Source of the DNA: an uncultured delta proteobacterium
GTDB taxonomy: Bacteria > Desulfobacterota > Binatia > UBA9968
Length of the DNA stretch: 64,000 nt
Assembly (NCBI GenBank): GCA_963760795.1
Contig: CAVXEP010000032.1
Coordinates: 416,001-480,000, forward strand
Direction of reading: 5' to 3'
In this document: piece after piece, positions 18,925-29,201 of the stretch
How positions within the stretch are numbered: the first letter of the stretch is position 1
Layout of the letters: each line of letters begins with the position of its first letter
The notes under the pieces: generated by a model
Database searches by the model: none
What the model was told of the DNA's origin: nothing
The model's input: only the letters and a program-made list of their open reading frames with translations
Program-made: the position numbers and the translations under genes

Positions 18925-20004
18925 ATGGATCGGGAGTCCCTCATGTCTTGGATCTTTTCTCCCCTGGCGAAATGTCTTGTCGCGGCTTTTGCGATTGCCG
19001 GCCTAGCGTCCATCGAGACCGCCCACGCCAATCCCTATCTCGCCAAGCCAGGGGAGCCGCTGATGCGGGCGCGTATCGGCACCTGCGCCATTACCGGCGG
19101 GTTCATTCATCTCTATACCGCCCTCGATAACAAGATATTCGAGAAGTATGGCGTCCATGCCGAGCATATCGTTGTGCGCGGTGGCAGCGTGGCCGCGGCG
19201 GCGTTGGCCGCCGATGAGATTAATTTTCTCTACTGTAACGCCGACGCCAATATCGCGCGCATCGCCACCGGCATGGACGGCAAGCTGGTCGCCTCGCCGC
19301 TGGTGGGTTTGCCGTACGTCGTGTTGGCGCGCAAGGACATCAAGCGGCCCGCCGATCTGAAGGGCAAGACGATCGGCGTCACCCGGCCGGGCGACTTTAC
19401 TTACAAACTCGCCAAGGATTTTCTCAAGAAGCATAACCTGGGCGACAAGGATGTTACGCTTGCGCCGGTTGGCGGCACGCCGACTGAGCGTTACACCGCG
19501 CTAGCGCAAGATATGTTTCAGGCGATCCTGATTCAACCGCCGCTCGACGCCCGCGGCAAAAAGGACGGCTTCAACGTCATCTACCATCTCAGCGATCTCG
19601 GGCTCCCGTTCATCTATAGTTCGTTGTTCAGCAACAATAAGACCTATAAGGAAAAGCCCGCGTTGATTCAGAAGATGGTGGCGGCGTTGGCTGAGTCGGT
19701 CTATCTCGTCGAGAAAAAGCCGGAGATCGGCATGGCGTCGGTGGGGAAAACGCTACGCATAAGCGACGCCGATACCCTGCAATCGGCCTACGATGCCTAC
19801 GCCAAACGGTTGATCAACCGGCGCATGATCGTGCCAGGCAAAATGGTCGCGGAAACCATCGAAAACGCCCGTGAAGAGGGCACGGTGATTCGCCGCAAAG
19901 CGAGCGAAGTCTTCGACAATACTTTCGTCGAGAATCTCGACAAGAGCGGCTTCATGAAAGAGCTGTGGGGCGGCGCGTTGCCGGACGATAAAAAGAGACC
20001 CTAA
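18925..20004 (+). CDS. NitT/TauT-family ABC substrate-binding protein
   Basis: FEKYG, DLKGKTIGVTR, family C-terminus VENL.KSGF. Confidence 0.88.
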   Translation: MDRESLMSWIFSPLAKCLVAAFAIAGLASIETAHANPYLAKPGEPLMRARIGTCAITGGFIHLYTALDNKIFEKYGVHAEHIVVRGGSVAAAALAADEINFLYCNADANIARIATGMDGKLVASPLVGLPYVVLARKDIKRPADLKGKTIGVTRPGDFTYKLAKDFLKKHNLGDKDVTLAPVGGTPTERYTALAQDMFQAILIQPPLDARGKKDGFNVIYHLSDLGLPFIYSSLFSNNKTYKEKPALIQKMVAALAESVYLVEKKPEIGMASVGKTLRISDADTLQSAYDAYAKRLINRRMIVPGKMVAETIENAREEGTVIRRKASEVFDNTFVENLDKSGFMKELWGGALPDDKKRP

Positions 20005-20033
20005 ACAAATCATCGGTTGAGAAGGAGATTGAA

Positions 20034-21215
20034 ATGTTGTTGGTTAAAATGATTCTTGCTCTGGTCTTTAACTTTGTTGTGGTGACGACTTCTGTCCATG
20101 GCGCGGATGAAGCGCCGATGGTTCTAGTGCGCGACGGATTTTTCTATGTCGGCGGACGGCTGAACACCGTCAACGGCAAGCAATACATGACCGGTCAAAT
20201 GTATGTGGAGTACCGCATCCCGGCGCGCAAGAGCCATCCTTATCCGATTATTATGGTGCACGGCGGTACGATGTCGGGGACTAATTATACGGGTACTCCG
20301 GACGGGCGCGAGGGCTGGGCGCAAAACTTTGTCCGCCTAGGTTATGCTGTTTACGTTGTCGATCAAGTCGGCAAGGGGCGGTCGTCCTACATGGAACAAA
20401 CCTATGGCCCGACGGAGATGGCCGACAGCCAAAATTCCCAGCGCCGTTACATCGCCCAGGGAAAATACAAACTCTGGCCGCAGGCACATTTGCACACCCA
20501 ATGGCCGGGCAGCGGGGAAATGGAAGACAGCAATGTGCAGCAATTGCTATCGAGTCAGATCCCGTCGATCCGTGATTTTACCAAGCAGCAACATTTGAAC
20601 CGCGATGCGCTGATCGCTCTGCTAGATAAAATTGGACCGGCGATCTTGCTGGTGCATTCACAAGCGGGAACCTTTGGCTGGCCGGTGGCCGACGCGCGTC
20701 CCCAACTTGTGAAAGCGATACTCGCGATCGAGCCCAACGGCCCGCCGGCCTATGGTGTCGAGTTCGTCGGCGCGCCTGACTATTTCAAGCTCGGCCGGCT
20801 CGGTTTGACTTACGGCATCACGGCTGTGCCACTGACTTACGCGCCAGCGGTATCGAGCCCGGCGGAACTCAGTTTCGTCGAGCAGGACAAGGCCGATGGG
20901 CCGGATCTAGTGAAGTGTTGGCTGCAAGCGGCGCCGGCGCGGCAGTTGCCGAACCTGCAAAAAATTCCGACGTTGGTGCTCACCGCTGAAGCCTCATATC
21001 ATGCGCCTTACGATCACTGTACGGTGAAGTATCTGGAGCAGGCCGGCATGCGGGCGAGCTGGATCAAGCTCGTCGATGTCGGCATCCGCGGCAACAGCCA
21101 TGTCATGATGATGGAGAAAAACAGTAAACAAATCGCCGGCACGATCGCCGGCTGGCTCGCCAAGACGTTTCCGGCGGCGAAGAACACAAAACCTGTGGCA
21201 GGAAGGTCGAGGTGA
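20034..21215 (+). CDS. secreted alpha/beta hydrolase
   Basis: MVHGG, TPDGREGWA, HSQAG, GNSH.MMMEKN. Confidence 0.88.
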   Translation: MLLVKMILALVFNFVVVTTSVHGADEAPMVLVRDGFFYVGGRLNTVNGKQYMTGQMYVEYRIPARKSHPYPIIMVHGGTMSGTNYTGTPDGREGWAQNFVRLGYAVYVVDQVGKGRSSYMEQTYGPTEMADSQNSQRRYIAQGKYKLWPQAHLHTQWPGSGEMEDSNVQQLLSSQIPSIRDFTKQQHLNRDALIALLDKIGPAILLVHSQAGTFGWPVADARPQLVKAILAIEPNGPPAYGVEFVGAPDYFKLGRLGLTYGITAVPLTYAPAVSSPAELSFVEQDKADGPDLVKCWLQAAPARQLPNLQKIPTLVLTAEASYHAPYDHCTVKYLEQAGMRASWIKLVDVGIRGNSHVMMMEKNSKQIAGTIAGWLAKTFPAAKNTKPVAGRSR

Positions 21216-21320
21216 TTAAGAATATTGCGCTTTGACATCTATGCCTGTGTTCCTATGTGAAGCCTTCAAGCGTTGCCAAATTACTGTTGTTCCACAGCGC
21301 TAGTGTTACAGCACGATTGA

Positions 21321-21565
21321 ATGAAGCGTTTTCTTCTGCTGAGCGTTTCCGCCGGCGCTGGGCATGGCCGCGCCGCCGAGGCGGTGGCGAGTTTTCCTGG
21401 CGTTGAGGCGAAGCATATTGACGTCATGAACTTGGTGCCGCGGGTTTCCGCGCGCTCTACGCCGACTACTACATCAAGATTGTCGAGCATCATTCGTCGG
21501 TGTGGGCGTATATGTACAACGCCAGCGACAAGATGCCGCGCGATGCCTGGTTCGCCAAGGTGCGC
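21321..21565 (+). pseudogene. N-terminal remnant of MGDG synthase/UgtP-like glycosyltransferase
   Basis: LLLSVSAGAGH.RAAEA...HIDVM, shifted LYADYYIKIVEH; then truncated. Confidence 0.6.
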
Positions 21566-21612
21566 TGTGCTCTTACTGGTTTGCTCCTATCGAGTGAAAA
21601 GTTAGGGAGGTC

Positions 21613-22799
21613 ATGAAAATCTTTCTCAGTTACGCCTCCCAAGATGCCGAGCCGGCGAAGTCGATTTATTTCGCGCTACGGGATCAGGGCCACACGGTGT
21701 TCTATGACCGCGCCGATCTGCCGGCGGGTGACGAATTCCATAACCGCATACGAGCGGCCATCGAAGCTTCGCAACTCTTCATATTTTTGATCAGTGCCAA
21801 TGCCGTGGACGCCGGCAGCTATACTTTGACTGAACTCGACATCGCCGAGAAAGCCAGCGTCAAGCTGCTGCCAGTAGCCCTCGGCAAATTGGCTGTAGAG
21901 CAGTTGCCCGCCGCACTCAAGGCCGTGACGTTTCTCGAAACCGACGGCAACTTGCCCGCTACTGTCGCTGCTGGCAGTGTATCGCATCGCCGCCGATTGG
22001 CGGCGCCGGCGGCTCAAACGCATGATCGCTACCGCGGCAGCCGTCGTCGCGGTCTGCGCGGCGCTTTACTATGGGTTAATAGGTCAGGCGAAAAGCCAGC
22101 TAGTCGGTAAAGATGGCGCACCGGCGGTTATGATTCCAGCGGGGACTTTTATCTGGGGTGATGATTCAGAGTCGCCTCGCCGTGAGCTGTTTGTCGATGC
22201 ATTCTACCTGGACAAGCACGAAGTGACCGTGGCTCGTTACGGCGGCTTCTTGAAGGCGACTGGCAGCGTCAAACCGCCTGAAGAATGGGAGACTGCGGAT
22301 CTCGAAGATTCACGCCGGTCTGCCGGTTGTCGGTGTCGATTGGCAAGACGCCAACAGTTATTGCCAGTGGGCGGGCCGGCGTTTGCCGACCGATGCGGAG
22401 TGGGAGCGGGCAGCCCGCGGCACAGACGAACGGAAATATCCCTGGGGCAATGAGCCGCCTAGCGCCGAGCGCGCGCGTTTCGCAAAGAATTACCAGAATC
22501 CGGTTTACCGAGACGGCGTCGCCGCCGTCGGAGCCCATCCCAAAGGGGCGAGCCCGTTTGGTATCGATGATCTTTCCGGCAACGCTTGGGAGTGGGTGGC
22601 CGATTGGTTCACGGAAAGTTTTCCGCGCACCGACAGGCGCAACCCCAAGGGGCCGGCGAGCGGTACCGACAAAGTGCTGCGCGGCGGCGGCTGGTACGAT
22701 CCCCCCGAACGGCTGACCAGCACGAAGCGGATGCATGCGCCGCCCGAGCATCGTGATGATAGCATCGGCTTTCGTTGCGCCAGCGATGTGAAAAAGTAA
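21613..22799 (+). CDS. TIR domain - TM helix - formylglycine-generating enzyme (FGE-sulfatase/SUMF1) fusion, split by indels near 21975 and 22310
   Basis: MKIFLSYASQD..., SYTLTEL (TIR); hydrophobic helix; IPAGTF, EVT, LPT.AEWERAARG, GNAWEW, RGGGW, GFRC. Confidence 0.8.
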
Positions 22800-22823
22800 T
22801 CCCGTTCGCGAGGTCGCTACTCC

Positions 22824-23246
22824 ATGGCTCGATTCGAAATCCATCCCCAGCTGCTCGCTGACTGTCATCGGCTGGGAAAGTTCGCCTTCTGCCATGTGCT
22901 GCTCAACAAGAATGCCGTGTTGCCCTGGTTCATTCTCGTTCCGCAAACTGCGACTACTGACCTGCTCGATCTTGCCGATGAGCAGAGAACTACCGCAATA
23001 AACGAGGCCGCGGTGATTGGGCAATTCATTAAACGCCATCTCGGCTACGGCAAAATAAACTTTGCCGCCATCGGCAACGTCGTGCCGCAGCTGCATCTGC
23101 ATGTCGTTGGCAGAAAACCGGACGATCCCTGCTGGCCGGCGCCGGTGTGGGGCCATCTTACCGAATCGCGAGAATTATCGATCCAACGTGTCGCAGAGAT
23201 TCGTGAATTACTGGTGCGCTACTGTTCGCTCAAAGTAGAATCTTGA
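22824..23246 (+). CDS. HIT family protein
   Basis: IGNVVPQLHLHVVGR, WP.PVWG. Confidence 0.9.
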   Translation: MARFEIHPQLLADCHRLGKFAFCHVLLNKNAVLPWFILVPQTATTDLLDLADEQRTTAINEAAVIGQFIKRHLGYGKINFAAIGNVVPQLHLHVVGRKPDDPCWPAPVWGHLTESRELSIQRVAEIRELLVRYCSLKVES

Positions 23247-23343
23247 TGACGCTTCAGAGTCTCGCCGAAAATAGCTAGAGATATTGCCGGAAGTTCTGCT
23301 TGATTCCGAGCGGGATCAGATGGGCACTAATTCCAATAGTGAA

Positions 23344-23931
23344 TCATTGCGCGCCAATAATGGCAGTGGTGACAAAGGCTTCGATCAAAGCAGCGATGAG
23401 CAACATCGGCACGATGACGATGGCGAAAAAGCGCATGGCCCGGGCCAATTCGGTTTTGATTTTCGCTTCGGATTTTTGCAGTATTCGTTTCAGCACGTGA
23501 TCGCCGAGCATGAGGCCGATGGCCGTGCCGAGAAATACCGCGGCGAGTTCGATGACACCGTGGGGCAAGATGCCCAATAGCGACGGCCAAATCCCACGGC
23601 TGTGGGATGACAGAAAAAAGACGACGCCGAGGACGACGCCGTTGACGATCAGAAACAACGCCGGCACGATGCCAACGGCCAAGCCTAACAAGATCGCGGC
23701 CAATGTCTTTACGGTATTGTTGAGAAAGATCGCTACGGCGAGTTGTGGCTTCGGTAGGCCGCGAAAGGTTTTGAGAAAGCCGGTGATGGAATCGCCGAAA
23801 TGATCGGCCAGCCCTGGATAACGGCTCGCGATCGCCACACCGAAAGCTAACCCGATAACAAAGAAGATTAGGCTAGAGATCAAGAAGGGACGCAGTTCGC
23901 GAAAATAAGCGCGTCGTTCGTCGCGATTCAT
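23344..23931 (-). CDS. SpoIIM/DUF95 family membrane protein
   Basis: IFLNN, NG..LG, ILPHG.IEL, AA.IE. Confidence 0.88.
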   Translation of the reverse strand: MNRDERRAYFRELRPFLISSLIFFVIGLAFGVAIASRYPGLADHFGDSITGFLKTFRGLPKPQLAVAIFLNNTVKTLAAILLGLAVGIVPALFLIVNGVVLGVVFFLSSHSRGIWPSLLGILPHGVIELAAVFLGTAIGLMLGDHVLKRILQKSEAKIKTELARAMRFFAIVIVPMLLIAALIEAFVTTAIIGAQ

Positions 23932-24228
23932 GAAAGGTAGTTTTAACAGAAACAGCGCGTGCTAGATACCGATCTACAAGGGAAGGGATGCAATTTGCGG
24001 AGTTTCTGATCGAGTGCGGTGCGCTGGCTGCATTCCACTGAGCCTGGCGTACTTTTATCTCAATGCCGCTTTGCTGGCTCGAGTGAACTACGGAATCGAG
24101 TCGGTCGGTCATTCGGGCCGGCGGAGTGGTGCTACGTGGGTGTACGGGATTTTGAATCTTCTAGTATTTGCCACGCTGTGGTATCGCTGGAGGATCGCTA
24201 ACCTAGCGCAAGGAACCAGGAGGTAACC

Positions 24229-25320
24229 ATGAAAATCAAAAGCATCCGTTCCCAAGTCATTCGCCTACCGGTCGATGAACCGTTGGCCGATGGCCCGCCG
24301 TCGGGACGGGCGCATAACATGTTCGTCACAGTTCGGATTGAGACGGTCGACGGCATCGAAGGCGTCGGCGCGACGTTCTTTGGCGGCGTGCTCAGTGCGA
24401 CGCTCAAGCAGGCGATCGATCAGTTAGGCGCCATGATCGTTGGCGATGATCCGCTGCGCATCGACGCGCTGACGCAGAAATTACGCACGGCGGCAGCGAG
24501 CGCCGGGCCCGGCGGCATTCTCACCTTGGCGATCTCGGCCATCGATATGGCTCTATGGGATATCAAAGGCAAAGTTCTCGGCCAATCCCTTGGCGCCATG
24601 CTTGGCGGCCTGCGCGAGCGCGTGCCGACCTACGCCAGCGGCGCGCTGGTGCGCAGCTATCCGCTCGATCATCTGCTTAAAGCTTGTCGGACACTCGTCG
24701 AGCGCGGTTTCACGCAAATGAAAACCCAGATGGCGTTGCCCGGTGACGTAACCCCGGCGCAGGAAGCCGAGCGCGCGCGCTTGACCCGCGCAGCGGTGGG
24801 GCCGGATATCGACCTCATGTGCGACATCAATCAGCGCTGGTCGGTCAATCAGGCCATCGACATCGGCAAGCGTGTCGAGGACGTGCATTTCTTTTGGCTC
24901 GAAGACGTGACCGTGCATGACGATTATACCGGCTTGGCGCGGGTGGCTGATGCCTTGGCCACGCCGTTGGCGAGCGGTGAATGCTTGTACGGCATCACGC
25001 CGTTTCGCCATACCATCGAAGCGCACGCCGCCGATGTCATCATGATCGATCTGAACCGCGTCGGTGGTATTTCCAACTGGATGAAAGTGGCGGCCATGGC
25101 GGAAGCGTTCAATCTGCCGGTGGTCAGCCATCTGTTTCCGGAGATTCACGTCCATCTGGTCTCGGCGATTCCCAATGGTTTGACGGTAGAATACATGCCG
25201 TGGTCGTTCCGCTTGTGGCAGGATGTACCGGCGCCGGTAAAAGGTGAACTGGTCGTTCCGACCAAACCGGGATTAGGATTAGATTTTAACCGGGAGCTAG
25301 ATCGATATGTCGTGGATTAA
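24229..25320 (+). CDS. mandelate racemase/muconate lactonizing enzyme family
   Basis: AIDMALWDIKGK, D.NQ.W, WLED, GE, GL.VEY. Confidence 0.92.
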   Translation: MKIKSIRSQVIRLPVDEPLADGPPSGRAHNMFVTVRIETVDGIEGVGATFFGGVLSATLKQAIDQLGAMIVGDDPLRIDALTQKLRTAAASAGPGGILTLAISAIDMALWDIKGKVLGQSLGAMLGGLRERVPTYASGALVRSYPLDHLLKACRTLVERGFTQMKTQMALPGDVTPAQEAERARLTRAAVGPDIDLMCDINQRWSVNQAIDIGKRVEDVHFFWLEDVTVHDDYTGLARVADALATPLASGECLYGITPFRHTIEAHAADVIMIDLNRVGGISNWMKVAAMAEAFNLPVVSHLFPEIHVHLVSAIPNGLTVEYMPWSFRLWQDVPAPVKGELVVPTKPGLGLDFNRELDRYVVD

Positions 25321-25341
25321 GTTTGGATCATCGAGGTCAGT

Positions 25342-26418
25342 GTGAAACTTGGTTATTCGCGTATAAGAAAATCCCCCTCGATTCCCCTGTTCCAAAGCGG
25401 GAAGTTGTGGAGCGAAAAATTGTCCCCCTCCTTGAAAAAGCGGGGCCAGCGGAGATTTTGGACGACGGCGGCACTATTCGTCAGTTTGTTAGGCAGTGGG
25501 TTGCATGATCGAGCTGCGGCCGCCGATCCCACGAAAATTTACGCCGGCTACGGCGGTATTGCCGGGTACCAGATGCCGCTGTGGGTGATGAAAGAAGCGG
25601 AGATCGGCAAAAAATACGGCGTCGATCTCGAACCACTGTTGATCAGCGGCGGCGCGCTGGGCATGCAGGCACTGCTCGCCAACAGCATTCAGCTGAGTCA
25701 GAACTCGGCGTCGGCGGCGATCGGGGCGGCGTTGCGCGGCGCACCGATCGCACTCGTCTCCACCTCGGAAAATCGCATGTCGGCCGAAATCGTCGCGCGT
25801 GCGGAAATCAAAACACCGCAGCAGTTGATCGGCAAGAAGATCGGCATTCTGCGCTTCGGCGGCTCCAACGACACCGGCATCCAGTGGGCGCTACGCGCCT
25901 GGAAGATCGATCCGCGCCAGGTGACGATTCTCCAGTCGGGGGCGACCAATGCGCGTTTATTGGCGTTGACCTTGGGACAGATCGACGCGACGATTCTTTC
26001 CTACCCGGAGATTCATATCGCGCGCAAGCGCGGCATGAACGTGCTCGCCGATATCGGCGAATTCAGCGCCTATCCGAATACGTCGTGGATGCTCACGCGC
26101 GCGTTCATCGAAAAGCAGCGGCCGCTGGCGAAAAACCTGCTGCGGGCGCAGATCGAGGCGATTCATTACATACGCACCAATCGGGAAGGCAGCATCAAGA
26201 TTCTCAAGAAATATCTTCGTGTCGACGATGCCGAAGCGACCGATGCCACCTATGAATTCTTCGCTCGCCGTACCGACGCCTTGCCACGGACCAATTTGGA
26301 AGGATTGAAAAATATCCTGCGGGAAATGAACGCGCCGCAGCGCAATCCCGCCGAGTTCGTCGATATGAGCCTGCTCGACGAGATCGAAAAAGAAGGGTTT
26401 ATGCAGCGCTTGCGCTAA
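25342..26418 (+). CDS. NitT/TauT-family ABC substrate-binding protein with repeat inserted in N-terminus
   Basis: [23 protein letters not shown]; GAGG RBS before GTG. Confidence 0.85.
   Translation: MKLGYSRIRKSPSIPLFQSGKLWSEKLSPSLKKRGQRRFWTTAALFVSLLGSGLHDRAAAADPTKIYAGYGGIAGYQMPLWVMKEAEIGKKYGVDLEPLLISGGALGMQALLANSIQLSQNSASAAIGAALRGAPIALVSTSENRMSAEIVARAEIKTPQQLIGKKIGILRFGGSNDTGIQWALRAWKIDPRQVTILQSGATNARLLALTLGQIDATILSYPEIHIARKRGMNVLADIGEFSAYPNTSWMLTRAFIEKQRPLAKNLLRAQIEAIHYIRTNREGSIKILKKYLRVDDAEATDATYEFFARRTDALPRTNLEGLKNILREMNAPQRNPAEFVDMSLLDEIEKEGFMQRLR
25368..25459. repeat. REP-like palindromic element (AAAATCCCCC...GGAGATTTT)
   Basis: Inverted ends AAAATC/GATTTT with two internal ccc-n-aaag-ggg hairpins. 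Confidence 0.6.
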
Positions 26419-26428
26419 TCAGCCGCCC

Positions 26429-26974
26429 ATGAAGGATATTTTGAGATTACCTAAAGTAAAACTTCACACGGTTGTTGCCGGTGATATTTTGACTCCGAGC
26501 ATCGCTAATGTGGCAGCGATCTGGATCAAGCGCGCTCATCGCGGGCCGATGGACGCGGTGCCAGCTGCAAAGCTGGTCGCTGGAGAGGGCATCGCTGGGA
26601 GCGCTGACCGAGGCGGTTCGCGCCAGGTAACCTTGTTGGAAAAAGATGTCTGGGATGATGTGATGAAGCTGCTCGGCGGTTCAAAAGAGCCCAGCGCGCG
26701 CCGGGCAAACCTATTGGTGCGCGGCATCTCATTGGCCAATAGCCGCGGCAAAGTTTTGCGCATCGGCTCGGCTCGGCTGCAAATCGGCGGCGCGACCAAA
26801 CCTTGCGAACGAATGGACGAAGTCTTGCCCGGATTGCAGGCCGCGATGTACGAGGGTTGGCGCGGCGGCGCCTATGCACGAGTCCTCATCGATGGCGAAA
26901 TTGTTGTCGGCGATGCGGTTCAATGGGAAGAAGCCGGTGGCGAGCATACGTCTGGCGTGTCAGCCGAACGATGA
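26429..26974 (+). CDS. MOSC domain protein
   Basis: RQVTL, RRANL, PC.RM, GG..ARV...G.I.VGD. Confidence 0.88.
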   Translation: MKDILRLPKVKLHTVVAGDILTPSIANVAAIWIKRAHRGPMDAVPAAKLVAGEGIAGSADRGGSRQVTLLEKDVWDDVMKLLGGSKEPSARRANLLVRGISLANSRGKVLRIGSARLQIGGATKPCERMDEVLPGLQAAMYEGWRGGAYARVLIDGEIVVGDAVQWEEAGGEHTSGVSAER

Positions 26975-26990
26975 GAATCAGATTCGGCTT

Positions 26991-27401
26991 ATGAAAAGCC
27001 GCAAGCAGAAGAGCGTTGAGATTAAGGCCGAACGAAAGCACAAAGTGGCCAAGATTCAGTTGCGCAACAAACACCAGGAGCGGCAACTTCGTCCCGTGCT
27101 CGGGCCGCCGGTGAATGAAGCCCTGCTGGCGCCGAACAACAGTTACGGCGCGCCCGACTTTGTCTATCGCGGTCACTACGTCGATCGGCCGTTTCGCTGC
27201 GTTGAATGTGGTAAAGAAGAAGTGTGGACCGGGACGCAGCAGAAGTGGTGGTATGAAGTGGCGAAGGGGTTTGTCTATACCACGGCGGTGCGCTGCCGGC
27301 TCTGCCGGCGCAAGAAGCGACAACAGAGCGATGAGTCACGGCGCGTTCACCTGGAAGGTCTCGAACGAAAAGCACGGCGCGCTCGGGAAGGATCAAAATA
27401 A
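26991..27401 (+). CDS. zinc-ribbon domain protein
   Basis: Y.DR.F.C..CG....WT..QQKWWYE...RC..CR. Confidence 0.82.
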   Translation: MKSRKQKSVEIKAERKHKVAKIQLRNKHQERQLRPVLGPPVNEALLAPNNSYGAPDFVYRGHYVDRPFRCVECGKEEVWTGTQQKWWYEVAKGFVYTTAVRCRLCRRKKRQQSDESRRVHLEGLERKARRAREGSK

Positions 27402-27570
27402 CGGCAGTTGCATCAATGCGGTCATGGTTAGACGCTAATCCGATTATCGAAGGACTGACAATGGCGGAGTGGGCTCAGAACTTGCCCCTTCTATGTTGCG
27501 GCTATGCTGTGACCTGGGATAGTATTTGATCGTCGGCATATTTTAAAGTAAACCGTGGAAGGAGAATTTC

Positions 27571-28053
27571 ATGGGACTATTAGATGGCCTACTCGGAAAC
27601 GTACTTGGCTCCGCCCTAGGTGGCAATCGAGAGCAGTCACAAGCTCAAGATCCGTTGAGCGCAATCTTGGGCGGCCTTACCGGCGGCAGAGGCGGTAGCA
27701 CAGGAAATGTTTTGTTGCAGCTCGGTCTTTCGATGTTGCAGCAACAGGGCGGGCTCGGCGGTGTGCTCGGCAAGTTCCGCGAAAACGGTATGGGGGCGCA
27801 GGCCGACTCCTGGGTGAGCACAGGGCAGAACATGAACATCTCGCCGGATCAGTTACAGCAAGTGTTCGGCTCCGGGGCGCTTGGCGATATCGCTGCGAAG
27901 CTCGGCATGTCGCAAGAGCAAGCCGGCTCGGCCATGTCGCAGGTATTGCCCGAGTTGGTCAATCAGCTGACGCCGCAAGGCCAGGTGACGCCGGATTCCG
28001 AAAATTCCGTCGCCGAGGGCTTGGATGCGTTGGCTCGCAGTTTGGACCGGTAG
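27571..28053 (+). CDS. YidB/DUF937 family protein
   Basis: MGLLD.LLG, SWV.TG.N, LP.LV.QLTP.G. Confidence 0.88.
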   Translation: MGLLDGLLGNVLGSALGGNREQSQAQDPLSAILGGLTGGRGGSTGNVLLQLGLSMLQQQGGLGGVLGKFRENGMGAQADSWVSTGQNMNISPDQLQQVFGSGALGDIAAKLGMSQEQAGSAMSQVLPELVNQLTPQGQVTPDSENSVAEGLDALARSLDR

Positions 28054-28082
28054 GTCGTTTCGTCTACTATCCCCGTTTTTCC

Positions 28083-28580
28083 GTGTTGCTGCTGCTCTCA
28101 GCTCTACTATCGGTGTTGCTGCAATTCGATAGCATCGCTGCCGATGAGATCGATTTCGAAACGCTGTCGAGCCTGCCGCCCGAGGTGCGCATCGATTTCG
28201 CGAACAGTCCGCTGGCTAAGCGTTATCAATTGTCGGCGCATATCAATCCATTTTATCTGCACCGCGACGGCGACGGCCAGCAGGACACCGCGATTCTGCT
28301 CAAAAAACGGGCGACGGGAAAAAACGGCATCGCGATCTATCGTGGCAAAGCGAATCGGCTGGTCATCATCGGCGCCGGCCGTGACTGGTGCGACGGTGGC
28401 GACGACTTTCCGGGGTTGAATGCCCGGTATGTTTTCCAGCGCGCCGGTGGGGGAGGGCGCCATGGGAAAAAGCCGCCGAAGCTGCGCGGCGATGCGCTCA
28501 TGGTCAACCAGACCGATTCAGCCAGCGCGCTGATCTATTGGGATGGCAAACGATATGGCTGGTATCAGCAAGGAGACTAG
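28083..28580 (+). CDS. hypothetical secreted protein
   Basis: Signal-like N-terminus; INPFYL..D.DG..D.A; ALIYWDGK.Y.WYQQGD. Confidence 0.6.
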   Translation: MLLLLSALLSVLLQFDSIAADEIDFETLSSLPPEVRIDFANSPLAKRYQLSAHINPFYLHRDGDGQQDTAILLKKRATGKNGIAIYRGKANRLVIIGAGRDWCDGGDDFPGLNARYVFQRAGGGGRHGKKPPKLRGDALMVNQTDSASALIYWDGKRYGWYQQGD

Positions 28581-29091
28581 CGTGCGGCGTGAAGATGGCG
28601 CGGGCGCGTTGGTGAGTTTGATCTGTCTGACGGTGTTTGCGGTGGTGTTCATTATTTATACGACGCGCTACCTGCCCGACTCGGTGGCGACTCATTTTGC
28701 CGCGGACAATCAGGCCAACGGCTGGATGAGCCGCAATGGTTATCTGCTGTTCGTACTGGCGTTCTTGATCGGCATTTCGGCGTTCGTCAGCTTCGCAGTC
28801 GGCACTTTGCCACGCAAGTTGCCGCACTGGACCAACGTGCCCAACCGTGATTACTGGTTGGTCCCGGCGCGCCGAGAAGAGTCGCTGCGCTACTTGTCAG
28901 CCCATGGCAAGCGACTTGGCTGTTTGATCGTGATGATGATGCTCGGCATGCACTACGTCATTCTCAAGGCCAATTCGGTTCAGCCGCCGGCGTTGCCGAT
29001 ATCGACTTTCTCGGCGATTTTGTTAGGCTTCGCCTTGGCGCTAATCTGGTGGATCGTGCGTCTGTATCGCAGGTTTCCCAAGCAGATGTAA
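28543..29091 (+). CDS. DUF1648 membrane protein
   Basis: LP..VATHF......NGWM; N.PNRDYW; four TM segments; start uncertain. Confidence 0.8.
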   Translation: MANDMAGISKETSVRREDGAGALVSLICLTVFAVVFIIYTTRYLPDSVATHFAADNQANGWMSRNGYLLFVLAFLIGISAFVSFAVGTLPRKLPHWTNVPNRDYWLVPARREESLRYLSAHGKRLGCLIVMMMLGMHYVILKANSVQPPALPISTFSAILLGFALALIWWIVRLYRRFPKQM

Positions 29092-29128
29092 CCGCAAAGA
29101 CAAGGGAAAAAAAATCGGAACATATAAG

Positions 29129-29153
29129 GGGCGGGTTTGAAACCCGCCCTCTT
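29129..29153. repeat. REP-like palindrome GGGCGGGTTTGAAACCCGCCC, copy 1
   Basis: Identical 25-mer at 38539-38563. Confidence 0.88.
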
Positions 29154-29201
29154 TGGCTTTGGCAAGTTATTCCAAAGTGCCTTTTCGGGAGCCGGTGAAT
29201 T

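Noticed and set aside
180-22799. Diversity-generating retroelement (Avd-like protein plus FGE-domain target)
   Set aside because: No reverse transcriptase and no template/variable repeat pair seen; the two genes are 21 kb apart.
22269-23156. Long antisense ORFs (also 36825-37616, 24553-25155, 56463-57206)
   Set aside because: Shadow frames of well-supported genes in GC-rich DNA with no recognisable motifs.
27396-27433. Further attC-like sites outside the array (also GCCCAAC near 51933)
   Set aside because: Only one core box or too short, with no convincing internal palindrome.
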